Of a stretch of DNA of 64,000 bases, positions 12,777 through 24,995 are shown piece by piece. The notes under the pieces are model-generated. The model did not search any database and had not been told where the DNA came from. It saw only the letters and a list, made by a program, of their open reading frames with translations. A program made the position numbers and the translations under genes. The first letter of the stretch is position 1. Every line of letters starts with the position of its first letter. The stretch covers positions 293,136,001 to 293,200,000 of the forward strand of contig OZ024741.1 in the NCBI GenBank assembly GCA_964016885.1, written 5' to 3'. The DNA comes from Eledone cirrhosa. Its lineage: Eukaryota.

Positions 12777-13111
12777 CCAGCTCACTCTTTTTTTCTTTTT
12801 CTTTCTCTGTCTCTCTTTCAATCTACTCTCTCAGAACCACCATCTCTTTCTCTCTATCTTTCTCTCTCTCTCAATTTATGAAGGTATCTGGGAAAACCCT
12901 GTATCTTGGGAATGCGTGCTCCGATTTATGTGAAACTTGTTTTATTCCATTTGTATTCCCATTTCAAGGGCAACTTTCTTTCAAAGTATTTTTCTATTAT
13001 GAACCATTTTGGCTGTATTAAATTACAGACAAGCACACAAACACAAAGTGTTAGTAGTATATGTATTTATATATATATATATATATACATGTATGCATGC
13101 ATGGTCTTGTA

Positions 13112-13432
13112 ACTCCTGTGGGAATTGTAGGGACACCGTTGTGACATACAGTGTTTCTACAGCCTTTTAAAACTTTGTGGAGCCCATCTCCTCTCCAGGT
13201 TTGAATACTGCAGATTTCTTCCAAAGAAGGATAGAGAGTGAGAGAATGAAAGGAGAAAGAGATATAGAAGAAAAAATTACCCCAGTACTTGACTGTTAAT
13301 TTTTTTATAAACCTCGAATGGATGAAAGGCAAAGTTGACCTTTGCGTAATTTGAACTTAGAGTGCAGAGAGCTAAAACGAATACTGCAAAGCTTTCTATC
13401 CAATGTTCCAATGACTGTTAAACCAGTGCCTC
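13112..13432 (-). mobile_element. SINE with Meta/MESC-like central domain, long-tail subfamily
   Basis: Core ggtcaactttgcctttcatcc on minus strand; homologous to 14758-15085 and 63320-63565. Confidence 0.7.
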
Positions 13433-13444
13433 TCATATATATAC

Positions 13445-13779
13445 ATCATTATTTCATTTCCTTTTACGTCCACTTTTCCCTGCTTGCAAGGGTGGGACGG
13501 GAACTGATTCTGGCTTGATTTCTACAGCTGGATGCCCTTCCTAACACCAACCTCATTTACAGTGAGTGCTGGGTGCTTTTTTGCCGTGGCACCTCCACGA
13601 CCACTTTGCAGTGGAATGATAGGGAACCAAGTCCATCTCATTTCTACAGCTGAGTAAACTGGAGCAATGTGAAATAAAGTGTCTTGCTCAAGGAAACAAC
13701 ACATCACCCGATCTTAGAATTGAACTCACAACCTTTCGATTGCAATGCCAATGCTCTAACCACTAAGCCATGTGCCTCC
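13445..13779 (-). mobile_element. tRNA-head SINE with RTE tail
   Basis: Same family as 5922-6245; A box tggcttagtggttagag and B box gagttcaattc present. Confidence 0.88.
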
Positions 13780-13794
13780 ATCATATATATATAT

Positions 13795-13950
13795 ATAACC
13801 ACTAAGCCATGTGCCTCCATCATATATATATATATATAACCACTAAGCCATGTGCCTCCATCATATATATATAACCACTAAGCCATGTGCCTCCATTATA
13901 TATATATATATATAACCACTAAGCCATGTGCCTCCATTATATATATATAT
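13795..13950. repeat. Four tandem re-copies of the SINE 5' terminal ~24 bp, separated by (TA)n
   Basis: taaccactaagccatgtgcctcca repeated with variable TA spacers. Confidence 0.92.
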
Positions 13951-14118
13951 AAACACTTTAAAATAACAGCTTTGTATCCTTGACCCTAGGGTCAGTTTCA
14001 TGCAGATTGGAATCAAACGTGTTCATTTAAAATATATGGTATATTATAAATGCTGTATATAAAATGGAGGTGTGACATATCTACTGATGTCAATTATTGT
14101 TAATATTAATATATTGCT

Positions 14119-14234
14119 AATATAAAGAATGATGTGCTCATGCATGTAGATGCTATAAAATAGCTTTCTGTCTTTTAAGTACCTCCACCCTATTTTATAG
14201 CATCTCCATGCTTGAGCACTTCATTCTTTATATT
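14119..14234. repeat. Imperfect hairpin, ~45-bp arms
   Basis: aatataaagaatga...tgctataaaatag versus ctattttatagca...tcattctttatatt. Confidence 0.85.
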
Positions 14235-14757
14235 AAATTTATCTTCTCAGTGCTTTGGAAAACTCCGAGAGATTGGCTACATGTACACATTATATATAGT
14301 AGTTTCTGATTATACACTTTTACATAAATTAGTTTGTGTCTAAACTCTGCTATAAGAACATATAGCTTATAATGAAAGCAAAAGTGTTAATTAGTAACAT
14401 TTATTAGATGTTGATAGATGCCATTAAGCTTTTACCATTCCCACTATCCAACTTTGACCTTATTCACATGACATAATCTGCAACATTTATACCTAACACA
14501 CATCAAATCACAGAGGACTTCAAAATTATACCCAAGATCATTTTTCTTCTATCCTCCAAGGGAGAGGTTAACAGTGATCAATAACTATGAAGTCAAAATA
14601 CTTTGACCCTTGTTAAGTATTTGACCTCAATATAAAATATTGCATCAATCTTGGTTTCTTCATTCTATATAGTTCTTCAATATAAATATAGAAACATATC
14701 TTTCTAGTTATAAACTCTGTAAATGCAATAAATGTATGTATGTTTGTATGGTTGCAC

Positions 14758-15085
14758 AACTCCGCAGGGAGTTGTAGGGGTGCCGTGGTGACATATAAGG
14801 TTTCTAGGGCACTTATAAAACCTGGAAGAGCCCATCTCCTCTCCGGGTCTGAATACAGCAGATCTCTTCCAGTGATGGATAGAAAAAAACTGAGCGAATG
14901 AAGAAGAGTGTGAAAGATATATAGAGGAAGAATTGACCCCAGTACTAGACTGGTACATTTTTTTATCAAGCTTGAATGGATGAAAGGCAAAGTTGACCTT
15001 GGCAAGATTTGAACTCAGAGAGCCAAAGCGAATACCACAAAGAATTCTGTCCGACATCCTAACGAATCTGCCAATTTACTGCCTC
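14758..15085 (-). mobile_element. Meta/MESC-like SINE, long-tail subfamily
   Basis: B-box-like gagttcaaatc followed by the shared core; homologous to 13112-13432. Confidence 0.72.
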
Positions 15086-16039
15086 ATGTATGATAAATAC
15101 TGAAGGGTTAATACTGGTGATAGATCTAATCTATCCTTACAAGCCCTGCCTCTTCCTTCTACAGAGAACACACAAATACCCACATATATAAAGAAGACAC
15201 TCTTTGCTAGAGTAATTGTATCAATCACCTTGACTGTTGACTTCTTTATTAAATAAACAGAAAGTGATTATATTGCTTAAATATTCGAGATAAGAATGAA
15301 CGATTTTGAATCTATATTGATAATATGTATATTTACACAGACACACACATATATATATACACACACACACACTTGTGTGCTTACACACCTACACACATAA
15401 ATATATATGAAGATTTGTTGAGATAAAAATGAAGCACTTTCCAACAATATTGATAATATACATACATGCATACATACTTACATACATGCATGTGTGTGTG
15501 TGTGTACGTACATTCATACATACCTTACACACATACACACTTACATACGTATCAATGCATGTGTAAGTATGAATATAGGTTTTTCTTTATGTATATATGC
15601 ATTTCCTTTATATATGTATGTGTATATATGTATATACATAACATTATAGGAATATACATACATGAGTGTATGTATGTGTGTGTGTGTAACAATAGTAAAC
15701 AAGCTAATAAAACGTCATCAAGAAAGCAGAATAGCAAGAAACTGTAACAGCAGAATTAAATATGGTTATATGTCAGTATTCTAATACTATTTTCATCTGC
15801 TGATTATGTTTAAGGTATGAAACTTTGAGAAATAGAAGATGGGGAGTTGACTATAGAAAGAAAGAAAGGAAAAGATGCTTGTAACTCTTGATGGAGTTGT
15901 AGGTGCACTAGTGCGAAATATGTTATTTTAATGTCATGGGCATTTAAACTTGTTGGAGGGCATCCCTCTTCAGTTCTGATTGCAGATGATTTCCTGCAGA
16001 GAGAGAGCACCATAAAGGAAGAATCAACCTCTGTACATG

Positions 16040-16140
16040 ACAGGTACTTTATTTATTGACCTCGAAAGGACAAATGGCAAATTTGACATTGGTGAGATTT
16101 GATCTCAGAGAGCTGGAATGAATACTGCAAAGCATTCTAG
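16040..16140 (-). mobile_element. Decayed Meta/MESC-like SINE fragment
   Basis: gacctcgaaaggacaaatggcaaatttgac matches the core; similar relics at 39145-39262 and 57095-57155. Confidence 0.55.
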
Positions 16141-16145
16141 CTTGG

Positions 16146-16185
<40 letters not shown>

Positions 16186-16256
16186 AGAAAAAAAGATGAA
16201 ATCGAAAATGCAACTGGAGTCTTATTTTTTTAAATATATATATATTTATTTGGTTC

Positions 16257-16292
16257 CTTTACCGGTTTCGCAGTTCTTCTGCTTTTCAAAAG
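16257..16292 (-). ncRNA. Minimal hammerhead ribozyme (U3:A8 variant) in the PLE 3' pLTR
   Basis: Same motif as 205-240, sense to the PLE ORF, ~70 nt before the 3' end. Confidence 0.7.
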
Positions 16293-17080
16293 TAGAGTTG
16301 AGATGGAGGGTCTGTGGTTTTTCTCACATCTGGTTGGTCTGACGTTTGCGCTGACAGAATAAATACGAATAAGTAAGGAAAATATGAGAGTATTGAAGTT
16401 TGCTTGAAGCATTGTGGAATAATAAGTAAATATCTTTAAGTCGTTTGGAAGCCTCGACAATGCAAATGGGTAAATCTCCGGGTAACAAGATCCGGTGGTG
16501 GAGAGAGAGATGTAAGTGGGTGTACGTTGAGATGCGTGGTGTGTATAAGATGTGTAGAAGAATGAAGGAAAGAGTATAAAGGATAAAATTAGAATAACAA
16601 CACGAGAGAGAGTTACCTTGGGAGAGATTTAATAGTCCCTATATATTTCGGATTCACATCCATCAACTGGGGGTTTTTCCGGGGTGGGGGGAAAGGTTGT
16701 CTGTCGGACAGGTGCGAAACGCGTCCTCCGCTGTTTGTTGTTTTGAATATCTGAGGTATTCGGCGGGAGCGCGCGTGCGCGTGAAATGGGGTCGGTCGGG
16801 TAGAGGTCAGCGGCCGAATGAGGGAGTGGGGTGGCGCTAGCTGTCAGTCCATTCTCTGCCTGTTTGTTAAATGTTACTGTGTGTGTGTGTGCGTGTGTTG
16901 TTGTCTCGCTTGAGTGTGTGTGTGTGTGCGTGTGTTGTTGCCTTGTTCCTCTGTATTGGCAGTGTAGTATGTTCGTATGGTGGAATGTTACTGTGTGTGT
17001 GTGCGCGTGTGTGTGTGTGTAGTTGTCTCGTTTGTGTGTGTGTGTGTGTGTGTGCGTGTGTTTCTGCATCGTTTGTTAGC

Positions 17081-18530
17081 TTAAACCAGCCATCTCATTT
17101 CGCTTCTCTCTGATCGGTTGTTTATTTGCGGTTGCAGGCGTTTGATAAAAAGCGCTTCCTTGATACGTAACGTGCCGACGTTTCTTTCAGTCGCTAGAAT
17201 TGTGACAATGGGCCTTCCGTCTTTGTTTCCACATTTGTCTATGTGTTTCCAGAAAGACGAGGCCCTGGTTTTAGTGTGTTCCTTGATCCGAATGTGCAAA
17301 GGTCGGATTGTGCTACCTATGTAGTATTGGTTGCACCTGTCACATTCTATCTTATACACGACGTATGTGCGTAGGCAACAGTTCGCATGGCGTATCGGGC
17401 AGTCTCTGAGGGAGCATGCGTCAGTAGAGTTCCCGGGTTTCCTGGAGAGGCATCTTCGCAGGGAGGGGCCCGAGTGGGCCAGGTGGATGTCGAGGCCCTC
17501 CCTCCGTATAGCCTTGCGGATAGCGTTGGTGGTATTCTCGCCCAGGTGTGGCATTTTAAGGAAGCACTTGCCTTGGGTGCCTCTCTGTCTCTTTGGTCTG
17601 GTGTCTCCTATTCTGTCTGTGATCGAGGTAGGGTACCCGTTCGTCTCCAGCACCTCGAGGAATCGCTTGGTATGAGTGACACCACTCGCGGGATCGCTGC
17701 ATCTGTTTTTGATTCGCGCGATCTCGTTCGTGATGTATCCTCTTTTGGCACTGTTAGGGAGGGCGGACTTGTAGTGAACGAACAGGTCCCTGCAGGCTGC
17801 CTTTCGGTAGAAGTTGCAGTGGATCCTTCCCTGTTCCGTGATGTTGATTCGGAAGTCGAGGAGGGCAAGTGACCCGTCTTCGTTGGGGTGTTCAACACTG
17901 AAGTCAATGTTCTCGTCCGTGTTGTTGAACGTCTCATAGATTCTGTTCGCCGTGTCTTGGGAAGATGTGAGGATGAGAATATCGTCCACGTACCTTGAGA
18001 AAAAGGCTACGACGTTGGGGTGGCAGGCGTTGAGTGCCTTGCGTTCGAGGTTGTCCATGTAAGAGATCACTAGCACACCTGATAGGCTTGATCCCATGGG
18101 CAATCCCGAGGTTTGTTGGTATGTTTGGTCAATAAATCCGAAGTAGGTGTTGTCGACGACGATGGATAGGAGTTGGTGGATGTCAGTAGTGGTAAGCCCG
18201 AAGCAGTGTAGGTCGGTGGATTGGACGCGTTCCATCAATATATTGACGGCCGGAAGTGCCGGGACCGAGGTGTAGAGAGCGATTACATCAAGGCTGAAGG
18301 CATATCTGTTATTCCTTCTGGTGTCGGGATCCATTTGATGCAGGCGCTTCAACACCTCCTCGGAGCTGTTAACGTGTCCCGGCAAGGTGTCTAAGATGGG
18401 TTTGAGTATTCTGGCTAGGAGCCATGAAATTTTGTAGAGTGGTCCCTCCACGCTCGATACGATGGGCCTGATCTTCAGGTCGGGTCCCTGTTTGTGTGTT
18501 TTCACGAGGTGGTAGAAGGCGGGTAGTCTG
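17081..18530 (-). CDS. PLE reverse transcriptase plus C-terminal GIY-YIG endonuclease (N-terminus missing)
   Basis: FYHLVKTHK, IRPIVS, FSLDVIALYTSVP, GLPMGSSLS, RYVDD; Cys-rich linker, then VVYKIECDRCNQYYIGST...RIKEH...EALFIK..QPQIN. The Cys linker suggests a Neptune/Nematis-like clade. Confidence 0.92.
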
Positions 18531-19419
18531 GACTGACAGCTAGCGCCACCCCACTCCCTCATTCGGCCGCTGACCTCTGCCCGACCGACCCCATTACACG
18601 CGCACGCGCGCTCTGCCGAATACCTCAGATATTCAAAACAACAAACAGCGGAGGACGCGTTTCGCACCTGTCCGACAGACAACCTTTCCCCCACCCCGAA
18701 AAAAACCCCAGTTGATGGATGGGAATCCGAAATATATAGGGACTATTAAATCTCTCCCAAGGTAACTCTCTCTCGTGTTGTTATTTTAATTTTATCCTTT
18801 ATACTCTTTCCTTCATTCTTCTACACATCTCATACACACCACGCATCTCAACGTACACCCACTTACATCTCTCTCTCCACCACCGGATCTTGTTACCCGG
18901 AGATTCACCCATTTGCATTGTTGAGGCTTCCAAACGACTTAAAGATATTTACTAAAGAAAATATGTTCATTCAAAAATATTCCTACTAACGGAATCATTT
19001 TCCTACACACACACACACTATATATATATTCTCTTCATCTTAACATGCTAACCATACTCCCACACACACATAACACCCATACACACACATAACCCCCCCC
19101 CCCCCCGCACGCACACACATAACACTCCCCCACCACACACATAACCCTCTCCCCAGACACACACACACAACTCCCTCCCCCATTTCTACTAATAGAATCA
19201 CTTTCCTACACACATATACACATACACAAAATATATATATTCTCTCCATCTTAACATACATAACACCCATATACACACACACACACAACTTCCTCTCCCA
19301 TTTCTACTAATAGAATCATCTTTCTATACACACACAAACACACACAAGCACTCAAATAAACATACATATCTTTACTTTCTTTATTTCAATAGAAAATCTG
19401 AATTCTGACACCCAAGCGA

Positions 19420-19982
19420 ACCAACCATATTCATTGAACCTGAACAATTCTCCCATATCTTTTACCAGAACAATTCTCCCATATCCATTATCTTTTGCTT
19501 GTCATAAAATTCTCTAAAAGGCTACAAAATAAATTCCCAAATACGGGCGCAAAATTTAATGAATTTGTTCACGTGACAGTCATAATTTCATTTATAACCA
19601 ATCAAATTATATTTATTTAAAAAAAGCCTTCGTGAGCCACTTTTTTAAAGTAAAAAGAAATTCAAACAAGCTTACGCGAAAGCTGATATACTTATTCATG
19701 TGACTACATCAACCAACCAAACATCACTCATATATGAAAAAACAACCTACCATATTCACTGAACCACAACAATTCTCCCATACCATTTCTCTTGACCATT
19801 ATCTTTTGTTTGTCATAAAATTCTCTAAAAGGCTACAAAATAAATTCCCAAATACGGGCGCGAAATTTAATGAACTTGTTCATGTGACAGCCATAATTTC
19901 ATTTATAACCAATCAAATTACATTTATAAAAAAAAAAGCCTTCGTGAGCCCTCTTTTTTTTAAGTAAAAAGAAATTCAAACA
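19420..19982. repeat. Direct duplication of ~240 bp inside the inverted pLTR arm
   Basis: ttatcttttg..gtcataaaattctctaaaaggctacaaaataaattcccaaatacgggcgc occurs at ~19489 and ~19799. Confidence 0.85.
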
Positions 19983-20196
19983 CTCATATATGAAAAAACA
20001 ACCTGAGCCCCCCCCCCCCATTTGAAGAACTTTGTAACGCGAACTGGCGCGAAATTTATTATACTTATTGACCAACCAATCAAATTACTTCTCTAAAAAC
20101 CTGGCGTTTCGAGCCACTTTTTTTCCATATAAAACAAGTAATATTCAAAGACCAACCAGATGTGAGAAAAACCACAGACTTTTCATCTCAACTCTA

Positions 20197-20232
20197 CTTT
20201 TGAAAAGCAGAAGAACTGCGAAACCGGTAAAG
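20197..20232 (+). ncRNA. Minimal hammerhead ribozyme (U3:A8 variant) in the inverted pLTR
   Basis: ctt-TTGAAAA-gcagaagaactgc-GAAA-ccgg-TA-aag. Confidence 0.7.
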
Positions 20233-20357
20233 GAACCAAATAAATATATATATATTTTAAAAAATAAGACTCCAGTTGCATTTTCGATTTCAGCTTTTTT
20301 TCTTTATACTCGTGTAGGACACCTCGGTTATTTTTCATTTTGTAAAAAAAACCTCAC

Positions 20358-20417
<60 letters not shown>

Positions 20418-20629
20418 GTATTCATATGTAACCCATTTGCAACCACGCAGCATGTCTTGTTTTCATATTCACACATATATATTTTTTTCCGCTGTGACCC
20501 GTCTTTTTCATTCTTACTGCTTCCTCTTTCTCTGTATCTCTCACTTCCCTTTACCCCCTCTAACAGTCACTCTCTCTGTTAGCCTCTTCCCCACCCTTCA
20601 CTCACTCACTTTCTGCTACTCCCTCTCCT

Positions 20630-20900
20630 ACTTCCTCCCGTTTGACCTGTGCGAAATTCTTTCCTCACGCACACTTTGACCAGGTTGGTTGTTCCTTTTT
20701 TTCTCTCTTGTCTACGATTTCACAGAACTTATGTTCACCGAATTCAGGGACTAGACTCCTTCTTCCTCCCGTTTGACCTGTGCGAAATTCTTTCCTTGCT
20801 TACATTTCGACTAGGTTTGATGGTCTTTATTCTCTCTCGTCCACGATTTCACAGAACTTATATTCATAGAATTCTGGGACTTGACTCCTTCTTCCTCACT
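20630..20900. repeat. Tandem duplication, ~131-bp period
   Basis: cttcctcccgtttgacctgtgcgaaattctttcct at 20631 and 20762. Confidence 0.85.
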
Positions 20901-21067
20901 TTTCGTTGCATTACCATCTTTGATTGATTACTGTCTCGCTCGTTCTCCTTATTTACGTGTCCCAACGACTTTCTTTAGCCGTTGCTCGCACCAACCGGAG
21001 GTATATGGTCTTTAAAGCGATGAAATACCAATGAAGGTTGGAAGATCACTGATGAAGGACAAATTTA

Positions 21068-21121
<54 letters not shown>

Positions 21122-21446
21122 GCTCAGATTAAAAGTTTAAGCAAACAATTTCTGCTTTCATCATAACGCAGCATTGTCTGAAACTGAGAAATATCACTCT
21201 ATGTATGCAGAAATAAATATTTCAAAAAAGTTACTACGAAATGATGCTTTATAGAGTACTCTCTGGAATTCGGTCATCATATATATTATTACTACTATAT
21301 ATATATCATCATCATCATCACCGTTTGACGTCCATTTTCCACGGTAGCATGGGTTAGACGAGTTGTCCTGTTGTGGGCAATACCAGGTATGGTGACAATA
21401 TATTTCTCATACAGATATATATGTATATAATTGTTTATAGAAATAG

Positions 21447-21538
21447 CTTCTACAGGACTAGAAATATTTCATTCGTATGAAATCATCAGGAATGCCTGAT
21501 GATTTCATATGAATGATACAGTTCTAGTCCCGTAGAAG
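21447..21538. repeat. Small palindrome made of two back-to-back hammerhead cores
   Basis: tcatcagg-aatg-cctgatga at the centre; the minus arm reads CTGATGA-tttcatacgaat-GAAA-tatTTC. Confidence 0.7.
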
Positions 21539-21557
21539 TCATTACTATATTAAATAA

Positions 21558-21743
21558 GTGTTTCTACTTTAGGCACAAGGCCAGCAATTACTCAGTGCAT
21601 TACTGATACTTTATTTTATTGACCCCGTAAGGATGAAAGGCAAAGTCAACCTCGGCGGGATTTGAACTCAGATCGTAAAGGGACGTAACTATGCTGGAAA
21701 GCATGGCGTCCGACCCTCTACCGATACTGCCAATCCACCGCCC
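21558..21743 (-). mobile_element. tRNA-head SINE with Meta/MESC-like domain, short-tail subfamily
   Basis: Near-identical reverse complement of 61475-61660. Confidence 0.85.
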
Positions 21744-22445
21744 TATTAAATAATGGTGTCTATACTATACTCATGTATTGAGTATCTCATTTAACTGTGG
21801 TTACACCCAATTAGTAGGGAATGTGGACATTAAAATGACAATGATGATATATATAAGTTTGTTCGTCTGTGAATTCTACAAATTACACTCCCTATACACA
21901 CCACGCTTATGCATGCACACACATAGACATACAGTCTCACACACACTATTATTTTGCTATTTCACTATGTTGTCAGTCAAAATGATGCCAACATTTTGGT
22001 AGTGTTATTACAAGACTGTCAGAGATCACATTTCTATCAATAGGTAACATCTTAAAGATTGAAAGCAACACTACCAGTTCTTTCATTCCATATATCTGTC
22101 ATGTTTTTATAGGCTTTTTTCTTTTTATTTCTTCTCTTCTGTTCCAGTATTAGTTATCTGTATCTGTTCTCTTCTAAACACTTTACACTACAACACAACA
22201 ACTTAGTATGTGGCCAACTTCCAATTCTTCTCAGAGAAAAACCATCAATGAAAAACTAAAAAAAAAAACGGAATAGTTTGTAAACATCTCACTTTTCCAT
22301 ATACCCCCCCCCCCCCCCCCCACCATATGTATATATATATATATATAAAATGTCCCTTTTTCCATCTAGAAATGGTATAGATAGATATGTGTGTGTGTGT
22401 GTTTGTCTACAAATATATATATAGTATATGTGCGAGTGTGTATTC

Positions 22446-22479
<34 letters not shown>

Positions 22480-22989
22480 GAATCCATATGATAAAAGCAG
22501 TATAGCATTTTCGTCTGTCTGTCATAAGAATGCCATATTGTATCAAAAACGTTTTAAAATTTATATTTGGAATTCATGGGACACAAATATAAAACAAAAC
22601 AGAGGAGCAAATACTTCAAATGTTCTAAAATAATGCTTTTATTTATATATCAAATGTCAGTGTCCTCTGTCCAACATGTTATCCATCTATCCTTCCCCTG
22701 CTTTCTATCTTCTCCACTCTCCTATCCTTTATCCATTTCTATTTAGTTATCTACCTATCTTGTTTTCCATCTCTTTGATTATGTTTCTCACTATATATAT
22801 ATCACATCCCTGATGAAATGACCAGTCTACTGTAAGCCTGTTAGCAATCTGGAACTATCAGTTGAAATGGTAAAAGCTCCGACATTGAGCCCTGACTCTT
22901 TCTAATATATATCTGAAACTTTAATGATCTCCAAAAGACATCTGATGAGTGGGAATTGTCCATCTGCTTGTCTCTTCCAAGTTTTTTGT

Positions 22990-23450
22990 TTTCTGTATTT
23001 ATCCTACATGTTATCTTAATAATGCATATGAAAGTTGACAGCTGTATAAAAAGTTGCAGAGCACACAAAGTTGATAAAAGCAATGGAATAGGAAGATCCA
23101 CACATATACTTCCCACCAAAGTCCTCAACCCACACTATAGTGGCTGTGATGGTGACATGACAAAAAGTGCCCATCCCACACTGTCAAGTGGTCATGTAGG
23201 TGTCATGACAAAAATTATCCAGCCCACGATGTAAAGTTGGCATGTAGGGGTCATGACAAAAAACACTCAGTACTCACTGTAAATGTGATTGGCATTAGGA
23301 AGTGCATCCAGCTGTAGAAACCAAGCCAAAGTACAAATCTGTATGAGAAAGATGTAGTCATCTGACCTGACATGTGACATAATGTGACAACCTGTCTAAC
23401 CCATACAAGTGTGGAAAATGGGCATTATACATTGATGATGATCATCATCA
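22990..23450 (+). mobile_element. Old RTE 3' end with 3-4 internal tail units
   Basis: Translates MHMKVDSCIKSCRAHKVD, followed by the typical tail. Confidence 0.75.
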
Positions 23451-23751
23451 TGTATATAAATATATATAAATTATGGAGCCTGTAACGGTTGATGAATTTG
23501 TAGGGTGCCATCCTAACACACACTATTTCTTGAGCATCTTAAAACCTTACAGTTTCCACTCCTCTCCAAATCAGACCAAACCAATTTTTTCCAGACAGAA
23601 AGGAAGAAAAAAATCAAGCCCCATACTTGTCTGTCTGCCTCTACCCCTTCTTTCTCTCTTGCACTCTCTGTCATTTCTCTCTCTCTCATGTATATATAAT
23701 CTTGTATATATATATATGCATATACACATGTATGTATATGTAATATATATG

Positions 23752-24088
23752 TAAAAGACATGGCAAAAAGCGCCCAGCCCACACTGTAATGTGGACACGT
23801 AAAAGACACAGCAAAGAGCACCCAGCCCACACTGTAAAGTGGACGTGCAAACGACATGGCAAAAAGCACCCAGCCTGCACTGTAAAGTGGCCGTGTAAAA
23901 AACACGGCAAAAAGCACCCAGCCCACACTGTAAATGTGGTTGGCGTTATTAGGGGCATCCAGGTGTAGAAAACCAGCCAGAAACACCGCTATTTGAGCAA
24001 GACACGGTCACGCGACACAATTTGCTTCAAAATAGGACCCGTCTAACCTATGCTAACATGGAAGATGGATGTTAACCGATGATGATGA
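23752..24088 (+). mobile_element. RTE-type tail with ~4 copies of a 44-bp internal unit
   Basis: aaaaagcacccagcccacactgtaaagtggacgtg repeated, then ggggcatccaggtgtagaaa and (ATG)n. Confidence 0.85.
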
Positions 24089-24756
24089 TATATATATATA
24101 AACTTATATACATAAATACTCACAAACATACATACATATACATGTTCCACCCACACTCATGAGAACAGTTTGTATATTAGTGTATGTATATTAGTGTATT
24201 AAAATATATTACAAAGAACTGTACTATTGTATATACATATGTATGTGTGTAAAATAAACACAAAAAAAATGATTAAAAAAACTTAATATATAGTAAATAC
24301 AAAGACAAGCCACCACCAGAGAATTTAGTTTAGTCATGTCTGAAGTCAAATAGATTCTAAAAGGTTCAAAAGTCTGCATAGATAGATATAGTTAAACAAT
24401 TCTCTGCTGTAAATGGAATGGTGTGGTGGAGATATATGGAAGAAGGCTGTCCATCCAATCACGACTTTTGGCTTGTATTCCTTCCCTTTATTTCAAGAAA
24501 ATACCATGCTTTTATTCTTCTCATTTTTTTATTCCTCTTATCAGTTTTTTCGCTTGTGTGCGAAGCCTGATTTATATGATTATTAGTGCTCACATAATTG
24601 TTTAAGACTCTTCAAATCTTTGGCTAAGCATGCACTAAAGTATTTGTGCATTAACATCTGTTCATTTCCTTCCAGACCTTTCTATAATTGCATGCAGGTA
24701 GGTCTTGTAAAGGGAAAAACAAAAGCAGAGTTTACTCTGGATTTTGTTTGATATAA

Positions 24757-24995
24757 TTAACTCTTTTGTTGTGATATTTCTTAAGAAAGAAGCTGCATGG
24801 GATTTTTAATTAATCTTGAAAATAATGAAGAATCTGGAAGGAAATATTTATCATTTTTAAGTTGGTGTTTAAAATATAACTTAACATTTTTTTTTTACAT
24901 TATATTAAAATGGAAGGTTTAAATTTAAACAAATACAAACACCTTTGTATTATAGAACAAGGTGTGGTTTCAGGCTTTTGATGTCAGATGCGTTA
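24757..24995. mobile_element. Old TTAA-bounded MITE-like repeat; inverted relative at ~25680-25856
   Basis: Shared aagttggtgttt and ggaaggttt segments; ttaactcttt / aaagggttaa termini. Confidence 0.4.

Larger units (their letters stand above)
16186..20300 (-). mobile_element. Penelope-like retroelement, 5'-truncated, with an inverted pseudo-LTR
   Basis: RT + GIY-YIG ORF; 16425-16850 is inverted at 18530-18953, and 16190-16340 at 20148-20300. Confidence 0.92.

Noticed and set aside
13700-13779. tRNA gene
   Set aside because: A and B boxes are present, but it is a SINE head continuing into a core and an RTE tail, without a full cloverleaf.
18531-18694. Listed N-terminus of the 537-aa PLE ORF
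   Set aside because: It is antisense read-through of the inverted pLTR, not the real N-terminus.
21045-21070. CTGATGA just before a (TA)n tract
   Set aside because: The rest of the ribozyme is absent.
22805-22975. Two CTGATGA motifs, one with a downstream GAAA
   Set aside because: Stem I is not complementary in the first, and the second lacks GAAA.
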